Part shown: positions 35,439-45,010 of the stretch, one piece after another
How the letters are laid out: every line of letters starts with the position of its first letter
Numbering within the stretch: position 1 is the first letter of the stretch
Origin: Bacteriovoracaceae bacterium
GTDB taxonomy: Bacteria > Bdellovibrionota > Bacteriovoracia > Bacteriovoracales > Bacteriovoracaceae
DNA: 64,000 nt
Reading direction: 5' to 3'
Assembly: GCA_947441615.1 (NCBI GenBank)
Contig: CANEUH010000017.1
Coordinates: forward strand, 10,807-74,806
Program-made: the position numbers and the translations under genes
Notes under the pieces: model-generated
The model's input: only the letters and a program-made list of their open reading frames with translations
Told to the model about the DNA's origin: nothing
Databases searched by the model: none

Positions 35439-38189
35439 ATGACCGAACAGCATCAAATCATTTGGCATGCTTTAAAGTCTGATGACGTAATCTCTGAACT
35501 TAAAACAAATGCAACGCATGGACTGTCTCAAGCCGAAGCAAAGGTGCGTTTGAAACGATTCGGGTCAAACTCATTACCTGAAACTAAAGTCCGTTCATTT
35601 TTATCTATTTTTTTTCATCAGTTTCTAAGTCCACTGATATATCTTTTGTTGTTAGCTACCATCATTGCGTATTCTTTAGGAGAATTACGTGATGCCGTAT
35701 TGATCCTGATCGTCGTTTTAATGAATGCTATTATTGGAACCTTCCAAGAGGGACGTGCTGAGCAATCAATCGAAGCATTACGTCGATTATCCAAGTTAAT
35801 GGCCCGTGTTTTAAGAGATGGTAAAGAGCATCTAATTGAAGCAATTGAAGTGGTTCCAGGAGATATCCTTATTTTAAATGCAGGAGATGCGGTTCCTGCG
35901 GATGCTAGATTATTGTATGTATCATTCGTTAGCGTGGCAGAAGCTGCACTTACTGGAGAATCTCTTCCAGTTGTGAAAACGATCATTCCTCTTCCTTCCG
36001 ACACACATCTAGCCGATCGTCAGAATATGATATTTGCAGGTACTTATATTTCGGGTGGTCGCTGTATCGCTGTTGTCACTGCAACAGGGATAAAAAACGA
36101 GATTGGTAAAATTGCTAAGCTTGCAGCCACTACGACTCAGCCAATAACTCAATTAGAAGTACGCATTCATCAGTTTGGTAAATATCTTATTCAAGCCGCT
36201 GTTATTATTTTTTTTATCACGATCGGATTTGGGATTTGGCGAGGATTTGCTTTTGCGGATATTTTCATGATTGCAATAAGCCAGATGGTTTCTCTCGTCC
36301 CTGAGGGGCTACCTGTGGCAATCACAATTGCTTTGGCGATCGGTGTGCAACGGATGGCGCGCAGAGGAACTATCATTAGAAGATTATCGGCTGTTGAAAA
36401 CTTAGGTTCTATTACAGTTATTTGCACTGATAAGACAGGTACGCTTACGAGAAACGAAATGACTGTTACTAGTATATACTTACCTTTTAAAAAGAAGGAA
36501 ATAATCGTTACAGGCGCTGGTTACGATCCCGTTGGAGATTTTGAATCTAATGGTTCACCACTTAACCTAAGCAAAGAAAAAACACTTCAAAAACTTTTAG
36601 AGGCTTGCATTCTTTGCAATGATGCTCAATTGCTTGCACCCGATTCTTCAGAAAATCGCTGGCGCATTCTAGGTGATCCAACTGAAGGAGCACTCCTCAC
36701 ATTGTCCGCCAAAAGTGGAGTAGATATTAAGAATGTGAGGAAAGAATTTTATCGCAAAGCCGAATTAGCTTTTGATTCTGATTGTAAAATGATGGCAACT
36801 CAACATGAAGTTTTTGGTAGAGATCTCATTTATATAAAAGGTGCTCCTGAAAATTTATTAGAGTTGTGCCATTTTGTTTATGATGAAGGTCATATTGAGG
36901 TTCTTGATGAAGTTTTGCGAAATGAAGTTCAGGCAGTCTCAAAAAAATTTGCCGAATCAGCACTTAGATTGTTAGCGGTCGGATTCATTAACGATGCCTT
37001 CATTGATTCTACGAAGAAATTCACTGCCTTTAAAGATAAGGTCATTCTGCTTGGCTTGATAGGTGAACTTGATCCGCCCAGAGATGAGGTCGCAAGCTCT
37101 ATACGAGAATGTAAAGGAGCTGGAATTAGGCCAGTCATGATAACAGGTGATCATAAGGCAACGGGGCTTGCTATTGCCAGAACTCTCGGGATTAGTCATG
37201 CGAACGATTTAGCCGTTGATGGTAAGGAGCTGGACCAGCTTACTGATGAAGATCTTCTTGAGAAAATTGATCGCATTAGTGTCTTTGCCAGAGTACGCCC
37301 AGAGCAGAAACTACGGATTGTTAAAGCTTATCAAACCAAAGGGGATGTCGTCGCTATGACTGGGGACGGAGTAAACGATGCTCCGGCATTAGTTCGAGCG
37401 AATGTTGGGATTGCTATGGGAATAACTGGGACTGAGGTGGCCAAAGAGGCTGCAAAGATGGTTATTACGGATGACAATTTTTCAACAATTTTGGCAGCTA
37501 TTGCTGAAGGTCGACTTGTTTATCAGAATATAAAAAAATTAATTCTTTTTTTGATTGTAACTTCAATCGATGAAATTCTCGTTTTATTTTTAGCGCTTAC
37601 CCTCGGATATCCACTACCATTAGCGGCAGTACAAATTCTATGGATTAATCTTGTTACTGAGGGAACACTGACAATCAATCTCATCATGGAGCCATCTGAT
37701 GGTGATGAAATGAAACGGCAACCAGTACCTTCTTCTCAACCATTATTAGACAAGGAGCTGTTGTCAAGACTTCCAGTGATGGTCTTGGCGTCTGTCATTT
37801 CCACATTCGGGTGGTTCATCTATCGGACTTCATCAGGCGCTTCACTAAGACTCGTTCAAACGGAAACATTCACGGTTCTTGCTGTCTGTCAGTGGTTTAA
37901 TGTTTTAAATTGCCGATCATCTACTCAATCAGTTTTCTCTTTGACTATACTTAAAAACCCTTGGTTATTAGGAGGGCTAACTTTGGGGATTTCGCTCCAC
38001 GCGGCAGTTATTTATTGGTCGCCACTGAGTCAGTTCTTTCATACAGTACCTATCAAGACACCGCAATTTGTCGGTATTGGTATTGCCGCAAGTTTAGTTC
38101 TTTGGTCTGAGGAGTTGCGAAAAATTATCACAAGGACATTAATACGGAATAAGAAATTAAAGGGAATTGATGTGAATGGGAAGAAATAG
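35439..38189 (+). CDS. P-type cation-transporting ATPase (P2/P3-like, Ca2+/Mg2+ type)
   Basis: TGES, the phosphorylation site ICTDKTGTLT, KGAPE, MITGDH and MTGDGVNDAPAL motifs. 10-TM layout. 916 aa. Confidence 0.9.
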   Translation: MTEQHQIIWHALKSDDVISELKTNATHGLSQAEAKVRLKRFGSNSLPETKVRSFLSIFFHQFLSPLIYLLLLATIIAYSLGELRDAVLILIVVLMNAIIGTFQEGRAEQSIEALRRLSKLMARVLRDGKEHLIEAIEVVPGDILILNAGDAVPADARLLYVSFVSVAEAALTGESLPVVKTIIPLPSDTHLADRQNMIFAGTYISGGRCIAVVTATGIKNEIGKIAKLAATTTQPITQLEVRIHQFGKYLIQAAVIIFFITIGFGIWRGFAFADIFMIAISQMVSLVPEGLPVAITIALAIGVQRMARRGTIIRRLSAVENLGSITVICTDKTGTLTRNEMTVTSIYLPFKKKEIIVTGAGYDPVGDFESNGSPLNLSKEKTLQKLLEACILCNDAQLLAPDSSENRWRILGDPTEGALLTLSAKSGVDIKNVRKEFYRKAELAFDSDCKMMATQHEVFGRDLIYIKGAPENLLELCHFVYDEGHIEVLDEVLRNEVQAVSKKFAESALRLLAVGFINDAFIDSTKKFTAFKDKVILLGLIGELDPPRDEVASSIRECKGAGIRPVMITGDHKATGLAIARTLGISHANDLAVDGKELDQLTDEDLLEKIDRISVFARVRPEQKLRIVKAYQTKGDVVAMTGDGVNDAPALVRANVGIAMGITGTEVAKEAAKMVITDDNFSTILAAIAEGRLVYQNIKKLILFLIVTSIDEILVLFLALTLGYPLPLAAVQILWINLVTEGTLTINLIMEPSDGDEMKRQPVPSSQPLLDKELLSRLPVMVLASVISTFGWFIYRTSSGASLRLVQTETFTVLAVCQWFNVLNCRSSTQSVFSLTILKNPWLLGGLTLGISLHAAVIYWSPLSQFFHTVPIKTPQFVGIGIAASLVLWSEELRKIITRTLIRNKKLKGIDVNGKK

Positions 38190-38247
38190 AAAAATAGATA
38201 CACTACAAGTATTTGGTATCGGTAATTTTATAGCATTACATTTAATT

Positions 38248-39426
38248 CTAGTAGATAAAGAAACTCACTACGATAGCGAAAAGAACAACTGCCCAAGATG
38301 GACGTCTCCAATATTCGAGTAAAATAAAACAAACACAAGCGAGTGCTAAATCTTTTAAAGAGAAAATAGCACTGGTCCAAACCGGATTATAGAAAGCCGC
38401 TAGAAGAATTCCGACAACACCGGCATTAAGACCCATCATCGATTGACGTATTTTAGAGAGACTTCTTAATTTTTCCCAAAAAGGGATGACTCCAATAATT
38501 AAAAGAAATGAAGGAAGAAAAGTTGCCATCAAAGAGATCATTCCTCCCAAGATTCCATTGGGAGGTACAGCCGAAACAGCTCCTAGGTAACTACTAAAAG
38601 CAAAAAGTGGCCCCGGTATGGCATTCGCCACCCCATAACCGGCCATGAATAAATCATTTGTGACCCATCCAGATGGAACAACTTCTGCCTTCAATAGTGG
38701 TAGGACAACGTGACCGCCTCCGAAGACGAGGGCGCCTGCTCGGTAAAAACTATCAAAGAGATGAAGTGTTTGGTTAGGAAAGACTGCTCTCAATAAAGGC
38801 AATACAACAAGAAGACTTAGAAAGACGGCGACAAAAATCGCTCCAACGCTTTTGCGTCCTTGGTGAATCGGATCATGGGGAAGATCAGTCGTTGATTTTA
38901 AAAAAAGAACCCCGAGAAATCCTGCACCGAAAAGAACTAAAATTTGAATGTAGGGAGAATTAAAATTAAGAACAATAAAACTTGAAATAAGGGCAATCGT
39001 GATTCTTTCTCGATCTGGACATAGTTTTTTCCCCATACTGAGAATCGCTTGGGCCACAACGGCGACAGCAACAACTTTAAGTCCATGCAACCATTGCTGA
39101 TGATCTTTTAAATCAAGGTGAGTTATACCTAGTCCAAAGAAAATGAGAATCACGGCCGAGGGTAATGTGAATCCAATCCAAGAAAGAATCGCTCCAAAAA
39201 TTCCACCTCGAGACAAGCCGATGGCCATTCCCACCTGACTACTCGCTGGTCCTGGTAGGAACTGGCAGAGGGCCACAAGGTCAGCATAGGCTTCTTCACT
39301 AAGCCATTTTTTTTTCTTCACATATTCATCATGAAAAAAACTCAAATGAGCAACGGGACCACCAAAGGATGTAAAACCCAAGCGAAGAGCTGTGAGAAAG
39401 ATTTCTAGATGTCTCATGATTTCCAT
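38248..39426 (-). CDS. chrA: chromate ion transporter (CHR family, two-domain)
   Basis: FGGPVAHLSFF..., LCQFLPGPASSQV and a second-half GGHVVLPLL..., ANAIPGPLF duplicated CHR motif pair. Confidence 0.85.
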   Translation of the reverse strand: MEIMRHLEIFLTALRLGFTSFGGPVAHLSFFHDEYVKKKKWLSEEAYADLVALCQFLPGPASSQVGMAIGLSRGGIFGAILSWIGFTLPSAVILIFFGLGITHLDLKDHQQWLHGLKVVAVAVVAQAILSMGKKLCPDRERITIALISSFIVLNFNSPYIQILVLFGAGFLGVLFLKSTTDLPHDPIHQGRKSVGAIFVAVFLSLLVVLPLLRAVFPNQTLHLFDSFYRAGALVFGGGHVVLPLLKAEVVPSGWVTNDLFMAGYGVANAIPGPLFAFSSYLGAVSAVPPNGILGGMISLMATFLPSFLLIIGVIPFWEKLRSLSKIRQSMMGLNAGVVGILLAAFYNPVWTSAIFSLKDLALACVCFILLEYWRRPSWAVVLFAIVVSFFIY

Positions 39427-39504
39427 TTTATTTGTTTAAACAAGTGATAGCAACCTCTTAGATCGCCCGGTGAAATAGGTCTTAAGTTGTGATAAAATGA
39501 GAGC

Positions 39505-40107
39505 GTGAAATTTTTTATACTCCTCTTTTTATGTTCATGTGCTCAGTTATCCCTCACGGTTGATAATAAACCTCGAAAGGATATTAAATTTATTTCTTAT
39601 GGAAAATATTTTGAAGTGCGGGGTGGAGAAAATATTTTACGTAAAGTGAGCACAGTCACTCTTCAGATTGAATTTAAAGAAACGGGCCCTCAAAATAACA
39701 TTCAAGATATGATGGCGATTTCTGTCGGAGGAAATACTCCTAAAAGTTACGTTTCTAGGGCGAGCCTAAGACTTGAGCCAGGAGGAAGACTGGTTGGAAT
39801 TGCACGCTCTACTGACACCGAAGAGGGGCAGGTCGTGAGAGCGAAGCAGCTTATTTCGAAGGGTAAAGCTCATGTTGCCACTCTTGTGATAGATTATGCT
39901 CAAAATGAAATGAAACTTTATTTGGATGGTAAAGAACTTGAAACTGAGGGAAAAGTTAGTTTTGCCTCCAAAGAGACACCTGATACAGCGTCCATCTCTT
40001 TTGCGGTTGGCTCTGAGGATGATGGATCGAATTTCCATTTTGAGGGGACACTTCGAAATCCCAAAATTTGGACGAGGAAACTTTCGATGGAAGAAATGAA
40101 GAATTAA
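39505..40107 (+). CDS. LamG/concanavalin-like domain lipoprotein
   Basis: GTG start. Signal/lipobox-like (M)KFFILLFLCSC. C-terminal HVATLVIDYAQNEMKLYLDGKE...FHFEGTLRNPKIWTRKLSMEEM is typical of LamG-fold proteins. Confidence 0.5.
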   Translation: MKFFILLFLCSCAQLSLTVDNKPRKDIKFISYGKYFEVRGGENILRKVSTVTLQIEFKETGPQNNIQDMMAISVGGNTPKSYVSRASLRLEPGGRLVGIARSTDTEEGQVVRAKQLISKGKAHVATLVIDYAQNEMKLYLDGKELETEGKVSFASKETPDTASISFAVGSEDDGSNFHFEGTLRNPKIWTRKLSMEEMKN

Positions 40108-40394
40108 GATTCACTACTTTATTTTAAATCCAGTCTCAAACCTACGAACGAACTTAAGTAAGAAAATGTCGTATCAAGAGATTTTTCATTTGCTCCAGAA
40201 TCGATCATCTTGGAGAATTTGGGCCAATTTATTTGATTACCCTAGTTAAATGGCATCGGATCCCTCTGCTAACTAAATGAAAATTGTGGAATTACAGAAT
40301 TAATATTAAGGGATGCCAAATAACCGTCCGATCAGATCAAATGATAAGGACTAAGTTTATGAAAAGAATCTCCATGAATCTCTTTTAAGTTCCT

Positions 40395-41900
40395 TTGTTA
40401 TTACTCATTTATTCTTGTAATAACATCGGAACAGCGAACTTTAATGGGAGTGCTGTGCTTGTAGACACTGGGATCAATTTATCCCTTAGCTCTCCGACTT
40501 CTTCACCTTCAACAGATAATACTCCTACATTGTTAGTTTCAGGACTCAAGTCTGGTCAAGCGATAAAACTCTTCTCTAATAGCACATGTAGCATACAAGT
40601 TGGTTCTGCTACCTCGAGTGGATCATCTGCTTCGGTAACATCAAGTTCGTTGTCAGTTGGAAGTTATCAATTCGCTTTCATTGTAACTGAAAATGGAAGT
40701 ACTTCAAGTTGTTCAGGAGGAAAGCTTTCCTATGAAGTAACGTCCGCTGGCCCAACATTAACTTTTGGTAGTTGGATCACACCGAGTTCTGCTACAACTG
40801 CTGGTTCTGCTGCACAAATGTCTAAAATTAGTTTTACTGTTCTTGGAGCTCAATCAGGAGAGACGGTTACGATTTATACGGATAGTGGTTGTACTTCATC
40901 GGTTGGATCAGCGACTGCTTCTGGTGCACCAGTGACTGCAAACATTTTAACAAATTCATTACCGATTGGAACATCTCAGACATTAAGTCTTTATGCTAAA
41001 GGATCAGTAACTTCTGGTTGCCAGAATCTCTCAAAAACGTTTCACTTTGCTTGTCCAACTGGTTATGTACCAGTGCCTAAAAATTCTTCAGTGGATGCAG
41101 CAGATGATTTTTGTGTGATGAAATGGGAAGCGAAGTGCGCGACTGATATTACAGGGACAAGTTCGTGTGCATTAGGCACGGGGGCCTCAAGTACAACTAA
41201 GGTCGCTGTCTCTACAGCTCAAGGATTACCATGGAGATCTATTACTCAAATTCAAGCATCTACTGCATGTTTAGAACTTAATTCATTAAACGATGTCACT
41301 AATCGCTATGACCTTATTTCAAACCCTGAGTGGATGGCGATCGCACGAAATATTGAAGGGACTGCATCTAATTGGTCTAATGGATCAGTAGGAAGTGGAG
41401 TACTGAGTGTTGGACATACAAATAGTTCCGCCGGAACCTATAGAGCGTGTGATGGATTACTATCTAACGTTACAGCGAATGATTGTACAGTTGGTGGAGT
41501 TAATCCTAACTATAAACGAACACATGTGCTCTCTAATACGCAAGTTATCTGGGACATACCTGGAAACCTTTGGGAATGGGTTGATTGGAGTACGGCCCCA
41601 GGTTTGGCATCTCCACCTATTTGTGGAAATGGTGGGTGGATTGAATTCTCTGATGTCTCTACGACTTGTCCGGGTGCTTATCAGTCAAAAGAATATCTTC
41701 CATTATTGACATACACGGGAGCAATGTCTGGGTATGGTTTAGGTCAAATTCATACAGGTGGCGCCGGAGCCATTATACGAGGCGGTGAATGGTATGATGG
41801 CCTAACTGTACCAGGAATTTTTGCGATGATGGTTCACCTAGGTCCAGGAACATCCATGCCGGAAATTGGTTTTAGGTGTGTTTACAGGCCTTATAACTAG
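40395..41900 (+). CDS. Ser/Thr-rich surface protein with C-terminal formylglycine-generating-enzyme (SUMF1/FGE-sulfatase)-like domain; N-terminus disrupted (see finding)
   Basis: C-terminal blocks GLPWRSITQIQASTAC, NLWEWVDW, IRGGEWYD and IGFRCVYRP resemble the FGE-sulfatase fold. The TTG start has no RBS. An in-frame ATG at 40359 with an AAGGA RBS is separated from it by a TAA. Confidence 0.6.
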   Translation: MLLLIYSCNNIGTANFNGSAVLVDTGINLSLSSPTSSPSTDNTPTLLVSGLKSGQAIKLFSNSTCSIQVGSATSSGSSASVTSSSLSVGSYQFAFIVTENGSTSSCSGGKLSYEVTSAGPTLTFGSWITPSSATTAGSAAQMSKISFTVLGAQSGETVTIYTDSGCTSSVGSATASGAPVTANILTNSLPIGTSQTLSLYAKGSVTSGCQNLSKTFHFACPTGYVPVPKNSSVDAADDFCVMKWEAKCATDITGTSSCALGTGASSTTKVAVSTAQGLPWRSITQIQASTACLELNSLNDVTNRYDLISNPEWMAIARNIEGTASNWSNGSVGSGVLSVGHTNSSAGTYRACDGLLSNVTANDCTVGGVNPNYKRTHVLSNTQVIWDIPGNLWEWVDWSTAPGLASPPICGNGGWIEFSDVSTTCPGAYQSKEYLPLLTYTGAMSGYGLGQIHTGGAGAIIRGGEWYDGLTVPGIFAMMVHLGPGTSMPEIGFRCVYRPYN

Positions 41901-41937
41901 TTATTAATACATCCTTTATTTTCGAAATCATTCGAGT

Positions 41938-41957
41938 GACTCAAAATATATTGAGTC
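41938..41957. promoter_or_regulatory. inverted-repeat operator candidate, copy 1 (GACTCAAAATATATTGAGTC)
   Basis: Arms GACTCAA/TTGAGTC, about 70 nt upstream of the response-regulator ATG. Confidence 0.45.
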
Positions 41958-42024
41958 TAATAAGTTGATACGGAACCGACCAGTTTGATGCTAGAATAGA
42001 TCATAAACTAGACTTCCTATTTCT

Positions 42025-42747
42025 ATGAATAATCCATCGAATCTATTACCAAAAGTTCATCTTCCAAAAATTTTATGGCTTGAAGATGATAAATTATATG
42101 TCTCCCTTTTGAGGGAGGATTTTGAACAGAAGTACCATCTGGATAATATTTCTTCTAGCGATGACTTAAATAAGATTGATGTTCAGGGACTCAATCTTTA
42201 TCAGGCCATCCTTATTGATATGGAGCTTGAAAATGGAAGAAGAGGTATAGAAGTCATAACCTTACTAAAAAAGAATGGCATCCCTGTTCCGATCCTTGTG
42301 CTGTCAAATGATGAAACGATGAGCTCCAAAGTGGATGCTCTTGGCCTTGGGGTTGATGATTATCTTTGGAAGGCCATGGCGCCAGAAGAAATGATTCTGA
42401 GATTAGAAAATGCCATCGCAAGAGGACTTAGGGCAAGGGCTGATACGAAGATCACCTTTGGTCTTTTGGAATTAGATCCTTTTAGGCTGTTGATTAAAAT
42501 TCAAAACACGGAATTAGAATTTTCAAAGATTGAATTTCATCTGTTGATGTCTTTAATAAAAAATCACCCAAGGCCACTGACCTGTGATTATTTAAAACAA
42601 GAAATTTGGCGTCAACCCAAAGTCGAAGTAGGCACGATCAATACTTTTATCTGGAAGATGAACAAGAAATTAAATTCTTGGGATTACCGGTTAACTAAAG
42701 AATTAGAAAATATTTTCATCATAAAAAAGTCACCTGATGAAGAATGA
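42025..42747 (+). CDS. OmpR/PhoB-type response regulator (receiver plus winged-helix)
   Basis: Receiver domain ILWLEDD...AILIDMEL...ILVLSN...DDYLWKAM. C-terminal block ELEFSKIEFHLLMSLIKNHPRPLTCDYL. Confidence 0.85.
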   Translation: MNNPSNLLPKVHLPKILWLEDDKLYVSLLREDFEQKYHLDNISSSDDLNKIDVQGLNLYQAILIDMELENGRRGIEVITLLKKNGIPVPILVLSNDETMSSKVDALGLGVDDYLWKAMAPEEMILRLENAIARGLRARADTKITFGLLELDPFRLLIKIQNTELEFSKIEFHLLMSLIKNHPRPLTCDYLKQEIWRQPKVEVGTINTFIWKMNKKLNSWDYRLTKELENIFIIKKSPDEE

Positions 42748-44017
42748 TTCAAGTTCACCAATCGTAGCTGCAACATTTTCAACAGATCAGTTGTATGTTC
42801 AAAAATTTACCTTCATTTATTGCTGTGTCATTCTCACTTTTTCCGTCTACTTTACGCCCCAGGATTTTAATCTCAAAGTCGCTGTGATTGTTAATATCCT
42901 TTTTTACCTGATCGGCGCTCCTTATTGGTTTCGAAAAAGTAGAATTCCAAGTCTTTATCTGAATTTCGTTTCACAAATTTCAAACGCGTTGGCTTCTGTT
43001 TGGACCTGTTCATTCCTTGGGCCATCGTCGCATATTAACCTCGTTGCAATTCCCCAGTTTGTTCTTGTATTAATGATGTTCGATAAGAAGCCGAAACTAA
43101 AAATTTTTCTTGGAGTCGTTTGTCTCTTCTTACTAATGTTGCCTCTATTCCCATTTGTGAATGAAGTGTATCTCGATAAAAGGATGAAAGAATCAAATCT
43201 TGCCATTTTAAGGAGTCTTATCGATCTTAGTATTCTTACGTTTACGATTTATCAATTTAAAGTGATTGTTGAAAATTGGCGGGATACATTAATGAGAGTT
43301 AAGGAAGAGAAAGCAAAAGTTCTCGAGGAAAGTGTTTGGAGACAAAAGTTACTTAAAATTCTGTGTCACGATATTAAAGAGCCCATGGTTTATACTCTTC
43401 AATACTTAAGGAAGTTGAGAAAAAGAATTGCGTCTGAACAAGATTTAGTTCTCCTAAACCAAGTTGAAAATGCACAGATGGTGATTAGAGAAGTTATTTC
43501 AAATATAGAAAGCTATTCGTCTTCAACCGTAGAAACAGAAATACCAAAAAATTGGATTTCACTTGAGGAGGTTTTAGAAAAAACTCTACCCTGGATTAAG
43601 AGTAGGTTAGATGAAAAATCTATTCAGATAAAATTGATAAATGGTACCGATGGACCAAAATTTTATGTCAATATCGACTCATTTTTATATCAAGTTTTTA
43701 ATAATCTGATTACCAATGCCATTAAATTTAGTCCCAGAGGATCAACAATAGAGCTTGAGGTCATAAAACTTGATAACAATATGGCGAGATGGATCATTCG
43801 TGACTCAGGAAAGGGTATAAAAAGAGAGGCGCTTACGGATTCACTTTTTTCAGAGTTAGGATCTGATGGCGAAATCGGTTCAGGTCTAGGCATAAAAATA
43901 GCCAAAATATTTGCAGGTAAACAAAACGTAGAAATTTCTTGGCATTCAAAATTCATTCATCAAGAGATCCAATTCGAAGGAACTGAAATACATCTTGATC
44001 AAAAAATAATAGCTTAG
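42737..44017 (+). CDS. membrane sensor histidine kinase
   Basis: About 5 N-terminal TM helices. H-box LKILCHDIKEPM. N-box NLITNAIKFSP. G-boxes DSGKGI and GSGLGIKIAKIF. Overlaps the RR gene by 11 nt. Confidence 0.8.
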   Translation: MKNDSSSPIVAATFSTDQLYVQKFTFIYCCVILTFSVYFTPQDFNLKVAVIVNILFYLIGAPYWFRKSRIPSLYLNFVSQISNALASVWTCSFLGPSSHINLVAIPQFVLVLMMFDKKPKLKIFLGVVCLFLLMLPLFPFVNEVYLDKRMKESNLAILRSLIDLSILTFTIYQFKVIVENWRDTLMRVKEEKAKVLEESVWRQKLLKILCHDIKEPMVYTLQYLRKLRKRIASEQDLVLLNQVENAQMVIREVISNIESYSSSTVETEIPKNWISLEEVLEKTLPWIKSRLDEKSIQIKLINGTDGPKFYVNIDSFLYQVFNNLITNAIKFSPRGSTIELEVIKLDNNMARWIIRDSGKGIKREALTDSLFSELGSDGEIGSGLGIKIAKIFAGKQNVEISWHSKFIHQEIQFEGTEIHLDQKIIA

Positions 44018-44086
44018 TCTTTTAACTCACTGGTCAAAAACAGACAACTCTTGTCCCAGAACGTGGAAAATTTCGACCACAAGTCA

Positions 44087-44102
44087 CTCAAAATATTTTG
44101 AG
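44087..44102. promoter_or_regulatory. inverted-repeat operator candidate, copy 2 (perfect 16-bp palindrome CTCAAAATATTTTGAG)
   Basis: Read directly. About 65 nt upstream of the small lipoprotein ORF and the secreted-protein operon. Confidence 0.45.
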
Positions 44103-44164
44103 CTGAAAAAAAAATATCTCACTTTAAATTTAATTATATGAATTTTGATATCTCAAAGGAGGAG

Positions 44165-44281
44165 ATGATGAAGGTTTTTATTATGCTGATTCTCATGACA
44201 GTGCTTTGCGTGTCTTGTGGTTCAGAAAGTGATTCAGCAAGTTCGAGCGGTGGTAACTTTTCACTACAAGGGGAAGGTTAA
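44165..44281 (+). CDS. small putative lipoprotein (38 aa, below the track cutoff)
   Basis: An AAGGAGGAG RBS, then MMKVFIMLILMTVLCVSCGSESDSASSSGGNFSLQGEG. Signal-like h-region with Cys. The stop lies 1 nt before the next ATG. Confidence 0.35.
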   Translation: MMKVFIMLILMTVLCVSCGSESDSASSSGGNFSLQGEG

Positions 44282-44282
44282 T

Positions 44283-44954
44283 ATGAAAAAAATATTAATG
44301 ACTGGAGTTATGACGTCAGTATTATCCCTTGGCGCTCAAGCTGGAGTTAATACAAACGCGCTTGAATTAAAAATTTATAAATTTGCCGTTTCAACTTCTC
44401 CAAACTGCTCAAACCTAACGACCGTGATTACAAATTCTAATCCAAGCTACCAAGATTTTAAGGGGGCCCCTGATCTTGGCTCAGGTGAGCTTGCTGATGG
44501 AACTTATCCCTGTGTGGCGATTGAGTTTTCAGATCAGATTAGAGTGAGCCATGCCGGGCCAACAAATTTTTGTACTCCAACATTTATTCAAGATGTATGT
44601 CGTGATAATGGAGGTGGTGGTGGTGCACCGACATCAACTCAGATTGATGGAAGTACAACAACCTGTACATCTGGAGAGGATAGAATTGTGATGTACATCA
44701 CAACCGCAAAAGATGCTGTTTCACAAAATTGGAATCCATTTAATCGTCCTGGATGTAACACTGCCGGTTGTGGAACAGCAAATACAGATGCTGGGATTCA
44801 TTTAGGCTCGTCTCTTACTGTAGCAGGTGCTGAAGTCGGAAAGTTCACGGTTAATACGGATGGCAAAGTTTGCGATGGAGATGTTGGTGGAAATTGCGCT
44901 GGGACATCTGGTTGCGAGATGTTGCCCCCAGATTTTTCTTTTTCTCAAATTTAA
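44283..44954 (+). CDS. hypothetical secreted Cys/Gly-rich protein
   Basis: Signal peptide MKKILMTGVMTSVLSLGAQA from the ATG at 44283. 12 Cys in the mature part. No known family recognised. Confidence 0.6.
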   Translation: MKKILMTGVMTSVLSLGAQAGVNTNALELKIYKFAVSTSPNCSNLTTVITNSNPSYQDFKGAPDLGSGELADGTYPCVAIEFSDQIRVSHAGPTNFCTPTFIQDVCRDNGGGGGAPTSTQIDGSTTTCTSGEDRIVMYITTAKDAVSQNWNPFNRPGCNTAGCGTANTDAGIHLGSSLTVAGAEVGKFTVNTDGKVCDGDVGGNCAGTSGCEMLPPDFSFSQI

Positions 44955-44967
44955 TTTTCGGTGGAAA

Positions 44968-44993
44968 GGTCGCAAGAGTTCTTTCTTGCGACC
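44968..44993. terminator. stem-loop between convergent genes (10-bp stem)
   Basis: GGTCGCAAGA-GTTCTT-TCTTGCGACC. A perfect 10-bp stem between the 44954 and 45011 gene ends, but the flanking U-tracts are weak. Confidence 0.5.
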
Positions 44994-45010
44994 CATAATT
45001 TAGAAAAAAA

